From contig CALZHW010000001.1 in NCBI GenBank assembly GCA_945787125.1, forward strand, positions 8,323-72,322: a stretch of 64,000 bases of DNA. The letters run 5' to 3'. This document shows, in pieces, positions 39,503 to 49,160 of the stretch (its first letter is position 1; each line of letters begins with the position of its first letter). Source of the stretch: an uncultured Ectothiorhodospiraceae bacterium (GTDB lineage: Bacteria > Pseudomonadota > Gammaproteobacteria > S012-40). A model generated the notes under the pieces. The model was given only the letters and a program-made list of their open reading frames with translations, ran no database searches and was not told the origin of the DNA. A program made the translations under genes and the position numbers.

Positions 39503-39537
39503 AAAAAAGCCCGGACTTTGTACCGGGCTTTTTTTAT
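39503..39537. terminator. bidirectional rho-independent terminator between sat/cysC and grxD
   Basis: taaaaaaagcccggactttgtaccgggctttttttat: stem gcccgg/ccgggc flanked by A-run and T-run. Confidence 0.7.
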
Positions 39538-39540
39538 ACT

Positions 39541-39879
39541 CTAGGAGCCTGCTGCCGGGCCGGCTTTGGCAACTGCGGCTTCCATCATCGTTTTTAGCTC
39601 ACCGCTCTGCGCAAGTTCCATCGTAATATCACAACCTCCGACCAATTCACCACCGATATACAATTGTGGAAACGTGGGCCAATCGGCAAAACGTGGCAAG
39701 TTTTCAAATATTTCCGGATCCTGAATAATATTGATAAAACCAAACTCAACCCCAGTTGCCGCTAAGGCTTCTGCCGCGCGACTTGAAAACCCGCACATAG
39801 GGAATTGAGGCGTGCCTTTCATATAGATAACCACCGGGTTAGCCTCAACTTGTTCTTTAATTCGATCTAGTACGTCCAT
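39541..39879 (-). CDS. grxD: monothiol glutaredoxin (Grx4/GrxD family)
   Basis: 112 aa with CGFS active-site motif (PMCGFSSRAAEAL). Confidence 0.8.
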   Translation of the reverse strand: MDVLDRIKEQVEANPVVIYMKGTPQFPMCGFSSRAAEALAATGVEFGFINIIQDPEIFENLPRFADWPTFPQLYIGGELVGGCDITMELAQSGELKTMMEAAVAKAGPAAGS

Positions 39880-40068
39880 AATTTCTCCTGTTGCCCCTTT
39901 TGTGTAGGGGGATTATTTTATTGGCTCTACACCACAATTAAAACACTATTATGGCAAGGGTATTCATAATTATATAATGACTTTATAATGGAGACGAAAG
40001 CAAAAAAATCAAGTAGGGGTATTCCGTCGCGACTGACTTATCCACTACATCTTGATATCAGGATTTAA

Positions 40069-40254
40069 CTCACAACCGGAGTTCAAAGTTGTAAATGTGC
40101 CACCTTCCAGCGCCCGTAGCGGCAAAACCTTACCGAGAGACGCCGTAAATACATCCTTGTGGGCTTGACGGCAGCATCCCTGCAACACTCTCGATAAAGG
40201 CCTTGCCACTACTGGCGCTGATTACAAGGAATAGTTTGAACTCCGAAACTTAAG
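40069..40254. repeat. Family-A MITE-like element (opposite orientation)
   Basis: ctcacaaccggagttcaaagttgtaaatgtgccaccttccagcgcccgtagcggcaaaaccttaccgagagacgcc...ctctcgataaaggccttgccactactggcgctg...tttgaactccgaaacttaag. Overlaps the last codons of asnB. Confidence 0.8.
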
Positions 40255-42025
40255 ATTTGAGATTTGTTTGCAGCCAATACTCTAATAATGTTAAGTGCCA
40301 CAATTTACTGCCATTAAGCCGTGTCAACTGTGACTCAGGATTTGCGAGTAATTGATCAACGTATGATCGTTGATATAAACCGCGCTCAATGCATGCTTGG
40401 GAGTTTAGAATATCAGCCATGAAATCGAGGAATTCACCACGCACATATTTTAACGCGGGCATGGGAAAATAACCTTTTGGACGATCGATCACTTTGTCTG
40501 GCAGCAAGCCACGGCTAATTATTTTAAGCGGATGCTTACCGTCAGATTTCAATTTTAATTCCGGCGGCATTTGCGCTGCCAATTCTACCAGGTGCTGATC
40601 CAGAAAAGGAACTCGTGCTTCTAAGCCCCAAGCCATCGTCATATTATCCACCCGCTTTACCGGGTCATCCACAACCAGGGTGGTAACATCCGCGCGTAAT
40701 ACCGCATCCATAAACGTTTCAGCTTGGGGTGAATGTAATAACTCATCCATCAGCATCGAACTGTAATCCTCAGTGAGGTAGTTCGGTGTCAGCATTTGCG
40801 CAAACTCTGCGTGATCTCGATCAAAATAATGTTGGCGAAAACGTTCAATCGGTGTGCCTGATGCGTCAGCCATGCGTGGATACCAGAAATAACCCGCGAA
40901 GACTTCATCCGCGCCTTGACCACTTTGTACCACTTTGACGTGTTGAGAAACTTGTTCAGATAACAAATAAAAAGCCACTGCATCCTGACCGAACATCGGC
41001 TCCGCCATATTGGCTACTGCTTCCGGCAAACGTTTCAATACTTCATCATTAGAGACATGCATTTTATGATGTTTCGTCTGAAATTTTTCAACCACCGCAT
41101 CAGAAAACTCAAACTCACTGCCTTTTTCATCGGCGATATCTTCAAAGCCAATCGAAAAAGTTAGAATATCTTTCACCTCCGCTTCCGCCAGCAATGCCAC
41201 TAGCAAACTGGAATCCAGACCACCCGATAACAAAACACCCACCGGCACATCAGCGACTTCTTTTCGTATTTTAACGGCTTTACGTAAGGCTGCATGAATT
41301 GCGTCAATCCACTCGGGTTCAGACAGGATTTTATCAGGTCGTTTAGCCCTTAAATCCCAATATTGCCACTCATCAACCTGACCATTTGCATCAATTAACA
41401 AGGCATGCGCTGGCTTCATTTTTTTAATGCCTTTGAACAGCGTGCGAGGTGCCGGCACAACGGCATGCAAAGAAAATAAATTATGTAACGCTAGGGCATC
41501 AAGGTTAGTATCAACGTCACCCACATTCAACAATGACTGCATATTGGAAGCGAAACGAAATTTCTTATTATCGTGCTGGAAATACAAGGGTTTTATACCC
41601 ATACGATCACGTGCAGCAAACAGTTGTTGTTTCTGCAAATCCCAAATGGCAAAGGCAAACATGCCGTAAAAATGCTGCAAACACTCTTTGCCCCAATGAT
41701 GATATGCTTTAATAATAACTTCGCTATCACCCTCGGTAAAAAAAGTATAACCTTTCTGCGCCAACTCTTTACGCAACGCTTTGTAATTATAGATTGTGCC
41801 GTTGAAAACCAAAACCATCTGCAACGCTGCATCATGCAGCGGTTGATTAGACTTTTCTGACAAATCAATAATTGATAATCGACGATGTCCAAAGCCTAAT
41901 GAGCCATCAAAGAATTGACCAGCATTATCCGGACCGCGACGCTCAATTGCCTGCATCATCGCATCTATCGTGCGACTCTCTACTGCCGCCCCATCAAACC
42001 GTAATTCGCCACATATGCCACACAT
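40250..42025 (-). CDS. asnB: asparagine synthase (glutamine-hydrolysing), AsnB family; could be a sugar/EPS amidotransferase of this family
   Basis: 591 aa. N-terminal MCGI Ntn glutaminase nucleophile and SGGLDSS PP-loop ATP pyrophosphatase motif. Confidence 0.75.
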   Translation of the reverse strand: MCGICGELRFDGAAVESRTIDAMMQAIERRGPDNAGQFFDGSLGFGHRRLSIIDLSEKSNQPLHDAALQMVLVFNGTIYNYKALRKELAQKGYTFFTEGDSEVIIKAYHHWGKECLQHFYGMFAFAIWDLQKQQLFAARDRMGIKPLYFQHDNKKFRFASNMQSLLNVGDVDTNLDALALHNLFSLHAVVPAPRTLFKGIKKMKPAHALLIDANGQVDEWQYWDLRAKRPDKILSEPEWIDAIHAALRKAVKIRKEVADVPVGVLLSGGLDSSLLVALLAEAEVKDILTFSIGFEDIADEKGSEFEFSDAVVEKFQTKHHKMHVSNDEVLKRLPEAVANMAEPMFGQDAVAFYLLSEQVSQHVKVVQSGQGADEVFAGYFWYPRMADASGTPIERFRQHYFDRDHAEFAQMLTPNYLTEDYSSMLMDELLHSPQAETFMDAVLRADVTTLVVDDPVKRVDNMTMAWGLEARVPFLDQHLVELAAQMPPELKLKSDGKHPLKIISRGLLPDKVIDRPKGYFPMPALKYVRGEFLDFMADILNSQACIERGLYQRSYVDQLLANPESQLTRLNGSKLWHLTLLEYWLQTNLKS

Positions 42026-42027
42026 AA

Positions 42028-43560
42028 TTAGTTCTGATAACCTCCACCACCGGGTGTTTTAATCGTTAAAATATCACCTTTGTTAACGCTAAAATTTGTT
42101 TTTGCAGGTAAACGTTTGCCGTGACACCAATTCTCACCGGCTGCAGCTGCGCCGCCATTTAACATGCCCCAGGGCAAACGATTACGTCGCTCTGTCAAGA
42201 CTGTGACTTCAGCGCTATCGAGAAATTCATATTCACGAATAATACCTTCACCGCCCACAAACATTCCTTTACCGCCTGAATTTTCTCTCACAGCATAACG
42301 CGTGATGCGTAACGGGAAATGGGTTTCCAAAGATTCAATTGGAGTGTTTAAAGTGTTTGTCATGTGTGTTTGCACCGCGGACAAACCGTTACCGTTTGCA
42401 CTGGCTCCCATACCACCACCGATAGTCTCGTAATAATCCCAACTATTATTACCTCGCCCGCCCATGGCAATATTGTTCATACTGCCGTGACTCGCTGCGG
42501 CCATTTTTTCAGGAATCGCCAGCAACAAAGCGCCCATTAACACATCAACCACTCGTGTGCTGGTTTCAACATTGCCTGCTGCCACTGCCGCAGGCCTTTC
42601 AGCATTGAGCAAACAACCCAACGGTGCGCTAATTTTTATTCGTCGAAAGCTTCCGGCACAAGCCGGTGTAGTCGCTGGCATTAAGCAACGAAACACATAG
42701 AATACCGATGCTGCGGCAACGGACAACGGGCAATTAATATTGCCTTTGACCTGCTGCGCAGTGCCAGCAAAATCCACCACTATTTCATCAGGCATGACCT
42801 TAATGCTAACGACAATTGGGATATTTTCATTGCCCATACCATCATCATCCATATAATCGGTGAAACGATACTCACCCACTGGTATTTGTTTCAAGGTACT
42901 ATCTGACAGACGCTGGGCATAGGCATTTAATGCATCCAGTGCATTCGTATAATTCTGCTGGCCGGTGCTTTCAATCAACCGAGTTAGGCGCTGTGCGCCC
43001 AACTGATTAGCGCTAATTTGCGCGGAAATATCACCGTTTGACTGCACGGGATTTGCAACGTTACTCAACAGTTTTTGCATAAAAACATCATCAATGCTAC
43101 CCGCATGAATCAACTTATAAGGAGAGATCACCATGCCTTCTTCATCGAGTGATTGAGAAATCGGCATCGAGCCAGGAGAACAGGCACCAATATCTGCATG
43201 ATGCGCACGATTCGCAATAAAACCCGTGAGTATTTCGGTGACAAAGACAGGCGCAATCAATGTCACATCGGGCAAATGAGTGCCGCCGAGATAAGGATCA
43301 TTAAGAATCAACATGTCACCCGGCAACCATTCCACCTGACTCACAATGTCGCGCATCGCGTAAGCCATACTACCCAGATGAACCGGGATGTGAGCGGCTT
43401 GCGCGCAAAGCTCACCCTGCAGGTCAAAAACCGCACAAGAAAAGTCCAATCTGTCTTTGATATTCGGAGAAAATGCAGAACGTTGCAACACCGCCCCCAT
43501 TTCGTCGCAAATAGCTGATATTCGGCTAGAAAACAAACTTAGTTCGATCGCATTCATCAT
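42028..43560 (-). CDS. hydantoinase B / oxoprolinase family protein (HyuB-like)
   Basis: 510 aa with Hydantoinase_B signature (LNDPYLGGTHLPDVTL). Ends 2 bp before asnB start. No HyuA partner in the window. Confidence 0.7.
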   Translation of the reverse strand: MMNAIELSLFSSRISAICDEMGAVLQRSAFSPNIKDRLDFSCAVFDLQGELCAQAAHIPVHLGSMAYAMRDIVSQVEWLPGDMLILNDPYLGGTHLPDVTLIAPVFVTEILTGFIANRAHHADIGACSPGSMPISQSLDEEGMVISPYKLIHAGSIDDVFMQKLLSNVANPVQSNGDISAQISANQLGAQRLTRLIESTGQQNYTNALDALNAYAQRLSDSTLKQIPVGEYRFTDYMDDDGMGNENIPIVVSIKVMPDEIVVDFAGTAQQVKGNINCPLSVAAASVFYVFRCLMPATTPACAGSFRRIKISAPLGCLLNAERPAAVAAGNVETSTRVVDVLMGALLLAIPEKMAAASHGSMNNIAMGGRGNNSWDYYETIGGGMGASANGNGLSAVQTHMTNTLNTPIESLETHFPLRITRYAVRENSGGKGMFVGGEGIIREYEFLDSAEVTVLTERRNRLPWGMLNGGAAAAGENWCHGKRLPAKTNFSVNKGDILTIKTPGGGGYQN

Positions 43561-43686
43561 TTGAACAGTGTAACATACCGCAGTTAACCTAATTTAGACC
43601 TCAGTTTTTACTTGAATTTAAATAGTTAGTTTTTTAGACTGAGTCAAGATCGTTAAATTCTCACAACCCTACAACCGGAGTACAAA

Positions 43687-44268
43687 ATGGAACATAAACT
43701 TCCTGAATTACCCTATGCGATGGACGCGTTAGCGCCAACTATTTCCAAAGAAACCCTGGAATACCATTACGGTAAACATCACCAAACTTATGTGACGAAT
43801 TTGAATAACCTGATTAAAGGTACAGAATTCGAAGCTTTGTCACTTGAAGACATTATTAAAAAATCTTCAGGCGGTATTTTCAACAATGCGGCACAAGTCT
43901 GGAATCATAGCTTTTACTGGAATTGCCTTAGCCCAAATGGCGGCGGTGAGCCCAACGGCGCTTTAGCCGATGCCATTAATAAAGCATTTGGTTCATTTGA
44001 AAAATTCAAAGAAGAATTCTCAAAAACATCAATCACGACTTTCGGCTCTGGCTGGGGTTGGTTGGTGAAAAACGCTGACGGCAGTTTAGCATTAGCCAGC
44101 ACCAGCAACGCAGGTACCCCAATGACCAGTGGCCAAACCGCTTTATTGACCTGTGATGTTTGGGAGCACGCTTATTATATCGATTACCGCAATGCTCGCC
44201 CGAAATACCTTGAAGCTTTCTGGAGCTTGGTAAACTGGGATTTCGTTGCAAAAAACTTAGCGGCTTAA
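43687..44268 (+). CDS. sodB: Fe/Mn superoxide dismutase
   Basis: 193 aa. [36 protein letters not shown] and [11 protein letters not shown] metal-binding motifs. Confidence 0.9.
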   Translation: MEHKLPELPYAMDALAPTISKETLEYHYGKHHQTYVTNLNNLIKGTEFEALSLEDIIKKSSGGIFNNAAQVWNHSFYWNCLSPNGGGEPNGALADAINKAFGSFEKFKEEFSKTSITTFGSGWGWLVKNADGSLALASTSNAGTPMTSGQTALLTCDVWEHAYYIDYRNARPKYLEAFWSLVNWDFVAKNLAA

Positions 44269-44278
44269 CAACTTTAGG

Positions 44279-44452
44279 AATGGGCACGTGATAACTTCCC
44301 TGTTTGGCGCTCTGATTTAGTTTGTATTTGTTCGTTCTGATTAAGTAAAAGTGCAGGAATAGTTGTTCTATTCCGAGCTTTTGCGATTGAAGAACGAGCG
44401 AAGACGGGCTGAAGCAGAGATGCCAAACAGGGAAGTTATTGCGCGCCCATTC
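44279..44452. repeat. Family-D palindromic element, copy 1 (32-bp inverted arms flanking about 108 bp with inner hairpins)
   Basis: Arms ggaatgggcacgtgataacttccctgtttggc / gccaaacagggaagttattgcgcgcccattcc. Inner hairpin ggaatagttgttctattcc. Confidence 0.5.
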
Positions 44453-44568
44453 CTTACTGCATCAGAGCAAGGTTTTACCTTGCTCTGATCCCTTTATCGC
44501 TACCGCGCTGTTTACTTCGCTATCTCCCCGTTCTAAAATTGTCGACCACGCAGCAATGCGTGTTACGG

Positions 44569-44737
44569 CTTCAGGAGCCTGTCCGAGAATGGAAAGCCTA
44601 CTGCGGATTGTTATTTTGACCATTTTTTCCGTTCATTTTCGTTGAATAGAATGACTATTCGCCTCAAATGAACGAAAAAACTGCTCTAAAATAACTTTCC
44701 CTCGCTACGGCTTCCATTCTCGGACAGGCTCCTTGTG
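44569..44737. repeat. Family-D palindromic element, copy 2 (27-bp inverted arms flanking about 112 bp)
   Basis: Arms caggagcctgtccgagaatggaaagcc / ggcttccattctcggacaggctccttg. Inner hairpins cgttcatttt...aaatgaacg and gaatag..ctattc. Confidence 0.5.
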
Positions 44738-44841
44738 TTACTGGGAACGAATCGCCACTTAAGCAGTGGCTCAATCAGCAGTTATATAAATAATATTCGG
44801 TATAACATCGCCGTATTTTTGGTTTTATTGGTGGATAAATC

Positions 44842-46020
44842 ATGAGTAGTCAACACATAATGAACACCTACGGTCGTTTGCCGGTTACCTTTGAACGCGG
44901 CGAAGGCTGTTATCTTTTTGATACTACGGGTCAAGCTTATCTCGACGCCCTCAGTGGCATTGCCGTTTGCAGCCTGGGACATGCACACCCAGCGATCCAG
45001 CAGGCTTTGACCGAACAGGCAGGCAAACTCGTACATACCTCTAATCTTTATCAAATACCTAAACAAAACGAACTCAGCGATAAGCTTTGTGAACTTGCGG
45101 GCATGGAAAACGTGTTTTTCAGTAATTCCGGCGCCGAGGCTAACGAATGTGCGATTAAAATCGCCCGTTTATACGGTCATAATAATGAGATCAAAGAGCC
45201 CGTTATCATTGTCACCGAAGGCAGTTTTCACGGCCGTACCCTGGCAACATTATCAGCCACAGGTAATCGTAAAATCCAGGCTGGATTTGAACCCTTAGTG
45301 CAAGGTTTTGCCCGAGTGCCATTCAATGATATTGACGCCATAAAAAACGTCGCGAAGAATAATAAAAACGTGGTTGCTATATTAATCGAACCCATTCAGG
45401 GAGAAGGCGGGGTAAACGTTCCAGCTGATGATTATCTCAAGCAAATTCGTCAACTTTGCGATGAACATAACTGGCTAATGATGCTGGATGAAATCCAAAC
45501 CGGCATGAATCGAACCGGCCAATGGTTTGCGCATCAACATAACAATATCAAACCCGATGTGATGACCCTGGCAAAAGCTCTTGCCAATGGCGTGCCTATC
45601 GGCGCTTGTCTCGCAAATGGCAAAGCCGCAACAACGTTACAACCAGGCAATCACGGCTCCACCTTTGGCGGTAACCCACTTGCCTGCGCCGCTGCATTAG
45701 CGACCATCGCGATGATGCAAACTCAAGAGATTACTAAGAAAGCACACAGCAGCGGAGAATACCTTATCAATCATTTGCGCTCAATGCTGGCTGAAGTGCC
45801 CGGCATCGTCAACATTCGCGGCAAAGGTTTGATGATAGGCATAGAATTGGAACGCGACTGCACCGAGCTAGTGGCTAAAGCCTTGGATAAAAACCTATTA
45901 ATCAATGTAACCGCACAAAACACCATTCGCTTACTGCCACCACTCATCATTAGTCGCGCAGAGATGGACTTACTCAGCGACAAACTGAGTGCAATAATCA
46001 AAGAATTTTTGGCAAAATAA
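44842..46020 (+). CDS. argD: acetylornithine aminotransferase (class III PLP aminotransferase)
   Basis: 392 aa. Typical class-III aminotransferase N-terminus and PLP-lysine region. Adjacent to argF. Confidence 0.8.
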   Translation: MSSQHIMNTYGRLPVTFERGEGCYLFDTTGQAYLDALSGIAVCSLGHAHPAIQQALTEQAGKLVHTSNLYQIPKQNELSDKLCELAGMENVFFSNSGAEANECAIKIARLYGHNNEIKEPVIIVTEGSFHGRTLATLSATGNRKIQAGFEPLVQGFARVPFNDIDAIKNVAKNNKNVVAILIEPIQGEGGVNVPADDYLKQIRQLCDEHNWLMMLDEIQTGMNRTGQWFAHQHNNIKPDVMTLAKALANGVPIGACLANGKAATTLQPGNHGSTFGGNPLACAAALATIAMMQTQEITKKAHSSGEYLINHLRSMLAEVPGIVNIRGKGLMIGIELERDCTELVAKALDKNLLINVTAQNTIRLLPPLIISRAEMDLLSDKLSAIIKEFLAK

Positions 46021-46021
46021 A

Positions 46022-46936
46022 ATGACAAAACACTTTCTTACCTTACTCGATCTCAGTCCTGATGAATTGCGCAGTTTGATTAATCGCGCCGTCGAGCTTA
46101 AGACATTACACAAAAGTGGCCAGATTTACGAACCACTTAAAAACAAAGTGCTGGGAATGGTTTTTGAAAAATCATCCACCAGAACACGCGTTTCTTTTGA
46201 AGCAGGCATGATTCAACTCGGCGGCCAGGCAATTTTCTTGTCGCCACGCGACACCCAACTGGGTCGCGGCGAACCGATTGAGGACTCTGCCCGCGTATTA
46301 TCCAGCATGCTGGACATCATCATGATCCGCACCTTTGAGCACAGCACATTGGAGACTTTCGCCAAATATTCCAGTGTGCCGGTCATTAATGCGTTGACAG
46401 ATTTATATCACCCTTGCCAATTACTGGCCGACTTGCAAACCTTCCAAGAATTGCGTGGCGACATTCAGGGCAAAACCGTGGCCTGGATAGGCGATGGCAA
46501 TAACATGTGCCACTCTTATATCAACGCAGCGAGACAGTTGGATTTTCAACTCAATATCGCAGCGCCAGAAAACTTCGAGCCGCTCGAAGAAGTGCTAACG
46601 CCCAAAAACAATAACATCAACGTAATGCATGATCCATTACAAGCGTTAAATAACGCCGACTTGATTGTTACCGATGTCTGGGCCAGCATGGGTCAGGAAC
46701 ATGAACAAAAAGTACGTGAACGCGCCTTTGCCAACTACCAGGTAACGTCGGTACTGATGCAAAAAGCCAAGTCGGACGCGCTGTTTATGCATTGCTTGCC
46801 CGCTCATCGCGGCGAAGAGGTTGCTGCGGAGGTTATCGATGGGCCACAAAGCGTGATTTTTCAAGAAGCCGAAAATCGCTTGCATTCACAAAAAGCCCTA
46901 CTTGAATTTCTCATGGGTTATATGCCAGCTTCATGA
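46022..46936 (+). CDS. argF: ornithine carbamoyltransferase
   Basis: 304 aa with carbamoyl-phosphate binding STRTR and ornithine-binding HCLP motifs. Confidence 0.85.
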   Translation: MTKHFLTLLDLSPDELRSLINRAVELKTLHKSGQIYEPLKNKVLGMVFEKSSTRTRVSFEAGMIQLGGQAIFLSPRDTQLGRGEPIEDSARVLSSMLDIIMIRTFEHSTLETFAKYSSVPVINALTDLYHPCQLLADLQTFQELRGDIQGKTVAWIGDGNNMCHSYINAARQLDFQLNIAAPENFEPLEEVLTPKNNNINVMHDPLQALNNADLIVTDVWASMGQEHEQKVRERAFANYQVTSVLMQKAKSDALFMHCLPAHRGEEVAAEVIDGPQSVIFQEAENRLHSQKALLEFLMGYMPAS

Positions 46937-47979
46937 GTGTCCGTTTGTTAGAGTTAAAAAACATTGAATGTCGTTATGGCTCAACGATTGCGGTAAAAGA
47001 CTTATCGTTTCGTGTTTATCCCGGAGATTTAATTTGCCTGCTTGGCCCGAGTGGTTGTGGCAAAAGCACTGTACTGCGTGCAATCGCTGGGCTAGAACCC
47101 ATTTATAACGGACAGATCATTTTAGACCAGAAAATAGTCAGCAGCGCAAGCACTACCCTGGCACCGGAAAAGCGTGGCCTGGGCATGGTGTTTCAAGACT
47201 ATGCACTTTTCCCACACATGAATATTGAAAAAAATGTCTGTTTTGGTGTGCGACACTTATCCGCCAAAGAACAAAAACGACTCTGTGATGAAATGCTAGG
47301 AATTGTCGGCCTGGGCGATTATCGCCAACGATATCCGCATGAATTATCGGGCGGACAACAACAACGCGTTGCGCTTGCTCGGGCATTAATTGTCAAACCC
47401 AAGCTTATTCTGATGGACGAGCCTTTCTCTAATCTGGATATCGATTTACGCGAACGCTTAAGCCTTGAGGTGCGAGAAATTCTGAAAGATCAAGGGCTCA
47501 CTGGTATCATGGTGACTCATGACCAATCTGAAGCATTCGCCGTAGCAGACAAGATTGCGGTTTTATATGATCACACACTGCAACAATGGGATACGGCATA
47601 TAACTTATATCACGGGCCGATAAATCGATTCGTTGCTGACTTCATTGGTCAAGGCGAATTCCTCAAAGGTCGACTGTTAAAACCTGACACGGTAGAAACA
47701 GAGATAGGTATTCTAAGTGGTGATCGAGCCTATGACTGGCCAGTGGATACTGCGGTAGACGTGCTTATCAGGCCTGACGATATTGTCCCGCAGGCGGATA
47801 GTGCATTAAAAGCCGAAGTAAAATACAAATCATTCAAAGGCTCGGAAATATTTTATCAACTACAATTGACCACCGGCGGGAAATTGCTAGCGGCATTCCC
47901 AAGCCATTTTGACTTTTATCTCGGCGAGATTATTGGCATCGATCTAGACATACATCACTTGATTGCATTCAAACGATAA
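46933..47979 (+). CDS. ABC transporter ATP-binding protein (PotA/FbpC-like, C-terminal TOBE domain)
   Basis: 348 aa. Walker [10 protein letters not shown], signature [15 protein letters not shown], Walker [12 protein letters not shown]. No permease or substrate-binding gene follows. Confidence 0.8.
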   Translation: MSVRLLELKNIECRYGSTIAVKDLSFRVYPGDLICLLGPSGCGKSTVLRAIAGLEPIYNGQIILDQKIVSSASTTLAPEKRGLGMVFQDYALFPHMNIEKNVCFGVRHLSAKEQKRLCDEMLGIVGLGDYRQRYPHELSGGQQQRVALARALIVKPKLILMDEPFSNLDIDLRERLSLEVREILKDQGLTGIMVTHDQSEAFAVADKIAVLYDHTLQQWDTAYNLYHGPINRFVADFIGQGEFLKGRLLKPDTVETEIGILSGDRAYDWPVDTAVDVLIRPDDIVPQADSALKAEVKYKSFKGSEIFYQLQLTTGGKLLAAFPSHFDFYLGEIIGIDLDIHHLIAFKR

Positions 47980-47980
47980 T

Positions 47981-48142
47981 CCTAGAATAATCAGTTGGCG
48001 CGAATTTTTAGTGCAAGATATTGAAGTGCATAGTGAATTCAAGAATTGCGTGGTCACCTAATTGGTGATCAGCATATTTTTAAATTTGCTAGGTGCATCA
48101 AGAGCTTGTGCTAAAAATCGTGGTTCAACTGATTAATCTAGG
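47981..48142. repeat. Family-B MITE-like element
   Basis: Near-identical to 36534-36695. Begins 1 nt after the ABC gene stop codon. Confidence 0.75.
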
Positions 48143-48171
48143 ATGATCCCTTTGGGTAAAAAAAAAACAAA

Positions 48172-48206
48172 CAAAAAAAGCGAGCACAAGGCTCGCTTTT
48201 TTTGTT
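48172..48206. terminator. bidirectional rho-independent terminator
   Basis: aaaaaaagcgagcacaaggctcgctttttttg. Serves the convergent ABC gene (+) and cytochrome gene (-). Confidence 0.6.
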
Positions 48207-48232
48207 TCAATGCTTGGCTAATTAACAGCGGC

Positions 48233-48874
48233 TTAGCGGCTGGCTAAATAGTCAGTTATCGCATCCATTTCTTCGTCAGTCAGTTTTTTCGCGATATCCA
48301 TCATCATATTGGCTGGATCATTTTTACGCTCGGCAGCACGAAAATCAGTAAGCTGCTTCACCAGATAATCTTTCGTTTGGCCACCAATAACCGGGAAGAC
48401 CTGGTTAGTCGGTGACTTACCTTTACCGTCTTTACCGTGGCAATTAACACAACCGTAAAGGCCGGTACGAGGATTACCATTCAAAAAAATCTTTTTGCCT
48501 TTTGCTATTTTCTTTTCATCACTGGGTGGCGGCGCTAACATGTAATTTTTGCCAGTCATTGATGGCTGTTTGGCGTAATAAGCCGCGATATCTTTGATGT
48601 CTTGTGGCCCACCAGCCAATGCCGCCATGGCTGACATTGTATCGTTATGACGATGGCCTTGCTGGAAGTCGATGACTTGCTTAAAAATATAACCAGGCTT
48701 TTGGCCTGCTAGATTAGGACATTCAGGATTTACGCTCATCCCGTCAACTCCGTGGCAACCCTGACAAAGTTCAGACTTACCTGCACCTGCTTCGGCGTCC
48801 CCTCCCGCAAAAGCCCCGCTCGCAACGGATACTAAAGCAAAAAATACTAATACTGCCCTTAGTGTTTTTATCAT
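48233..48874 (-). CDS. dihaem c-type cytochrome (cytochrome c4-like), periplasmic
   Basis: 213 aa, signal peptide, two CxxCH haem-binding motifs (CQGCHG, CVNCHG). Confidence 0.75.
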   Translation of the reverse strand: MIKTLRAVLVFFALVSVASGAFAGGDAEAGAGKSELCQGCHGVDGMSVNPECPNLAGQKPGYIFKQVIDFQQGHRHNDTMSAMAALAGGPQDIKDIAAYYAKQPSMTGKNYMLAPPPSDEKKIAKGKKIFLNGNPRTGLYGCVNCHGKDGKGKSPTNQVFPVIGGQTKDYLVKQLTDFRAAERKNDPANMMMDIAKKLTDEEMDAITDYLASR

Positions 48875-49160
48875 CTTAAAACCCTTTTAAACCCATTCCA
48901 CCGAAAGAGCGACATAGCGCACCACTCATCGGAAATTAAATAAAATTTTTATTAAGCACGTTATTTTAATTATGTAGCGCGCGAAGTAAAGATATATCAA
49001 GCAAAAAAGCCAGCGTCAACGCTTAAGTGCTTACTTTTTGTGTTTTACTTTTAATCAGCCCATAAAATACAGTGTTGAGAATACAAAAACAACCATTTCC
49101 ACAGGCTAACTGGGCCTATATACCCGCAGCATTCAGGGTTTCGGTATAATTGAAACTGCT

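Noticed and set aside
40250-42025. AsnB-like protein as a lasso-peptide cyclase partner for the PqqD/HprK-related cluster
   Set aside because: It retains the N-terminal Cys (MCGI) glutaminase domain typical of true glutamine-dependent asparagine synthases, which lasso cyclases lack. It is also 9 kb away, on the far side of unrelated genes.
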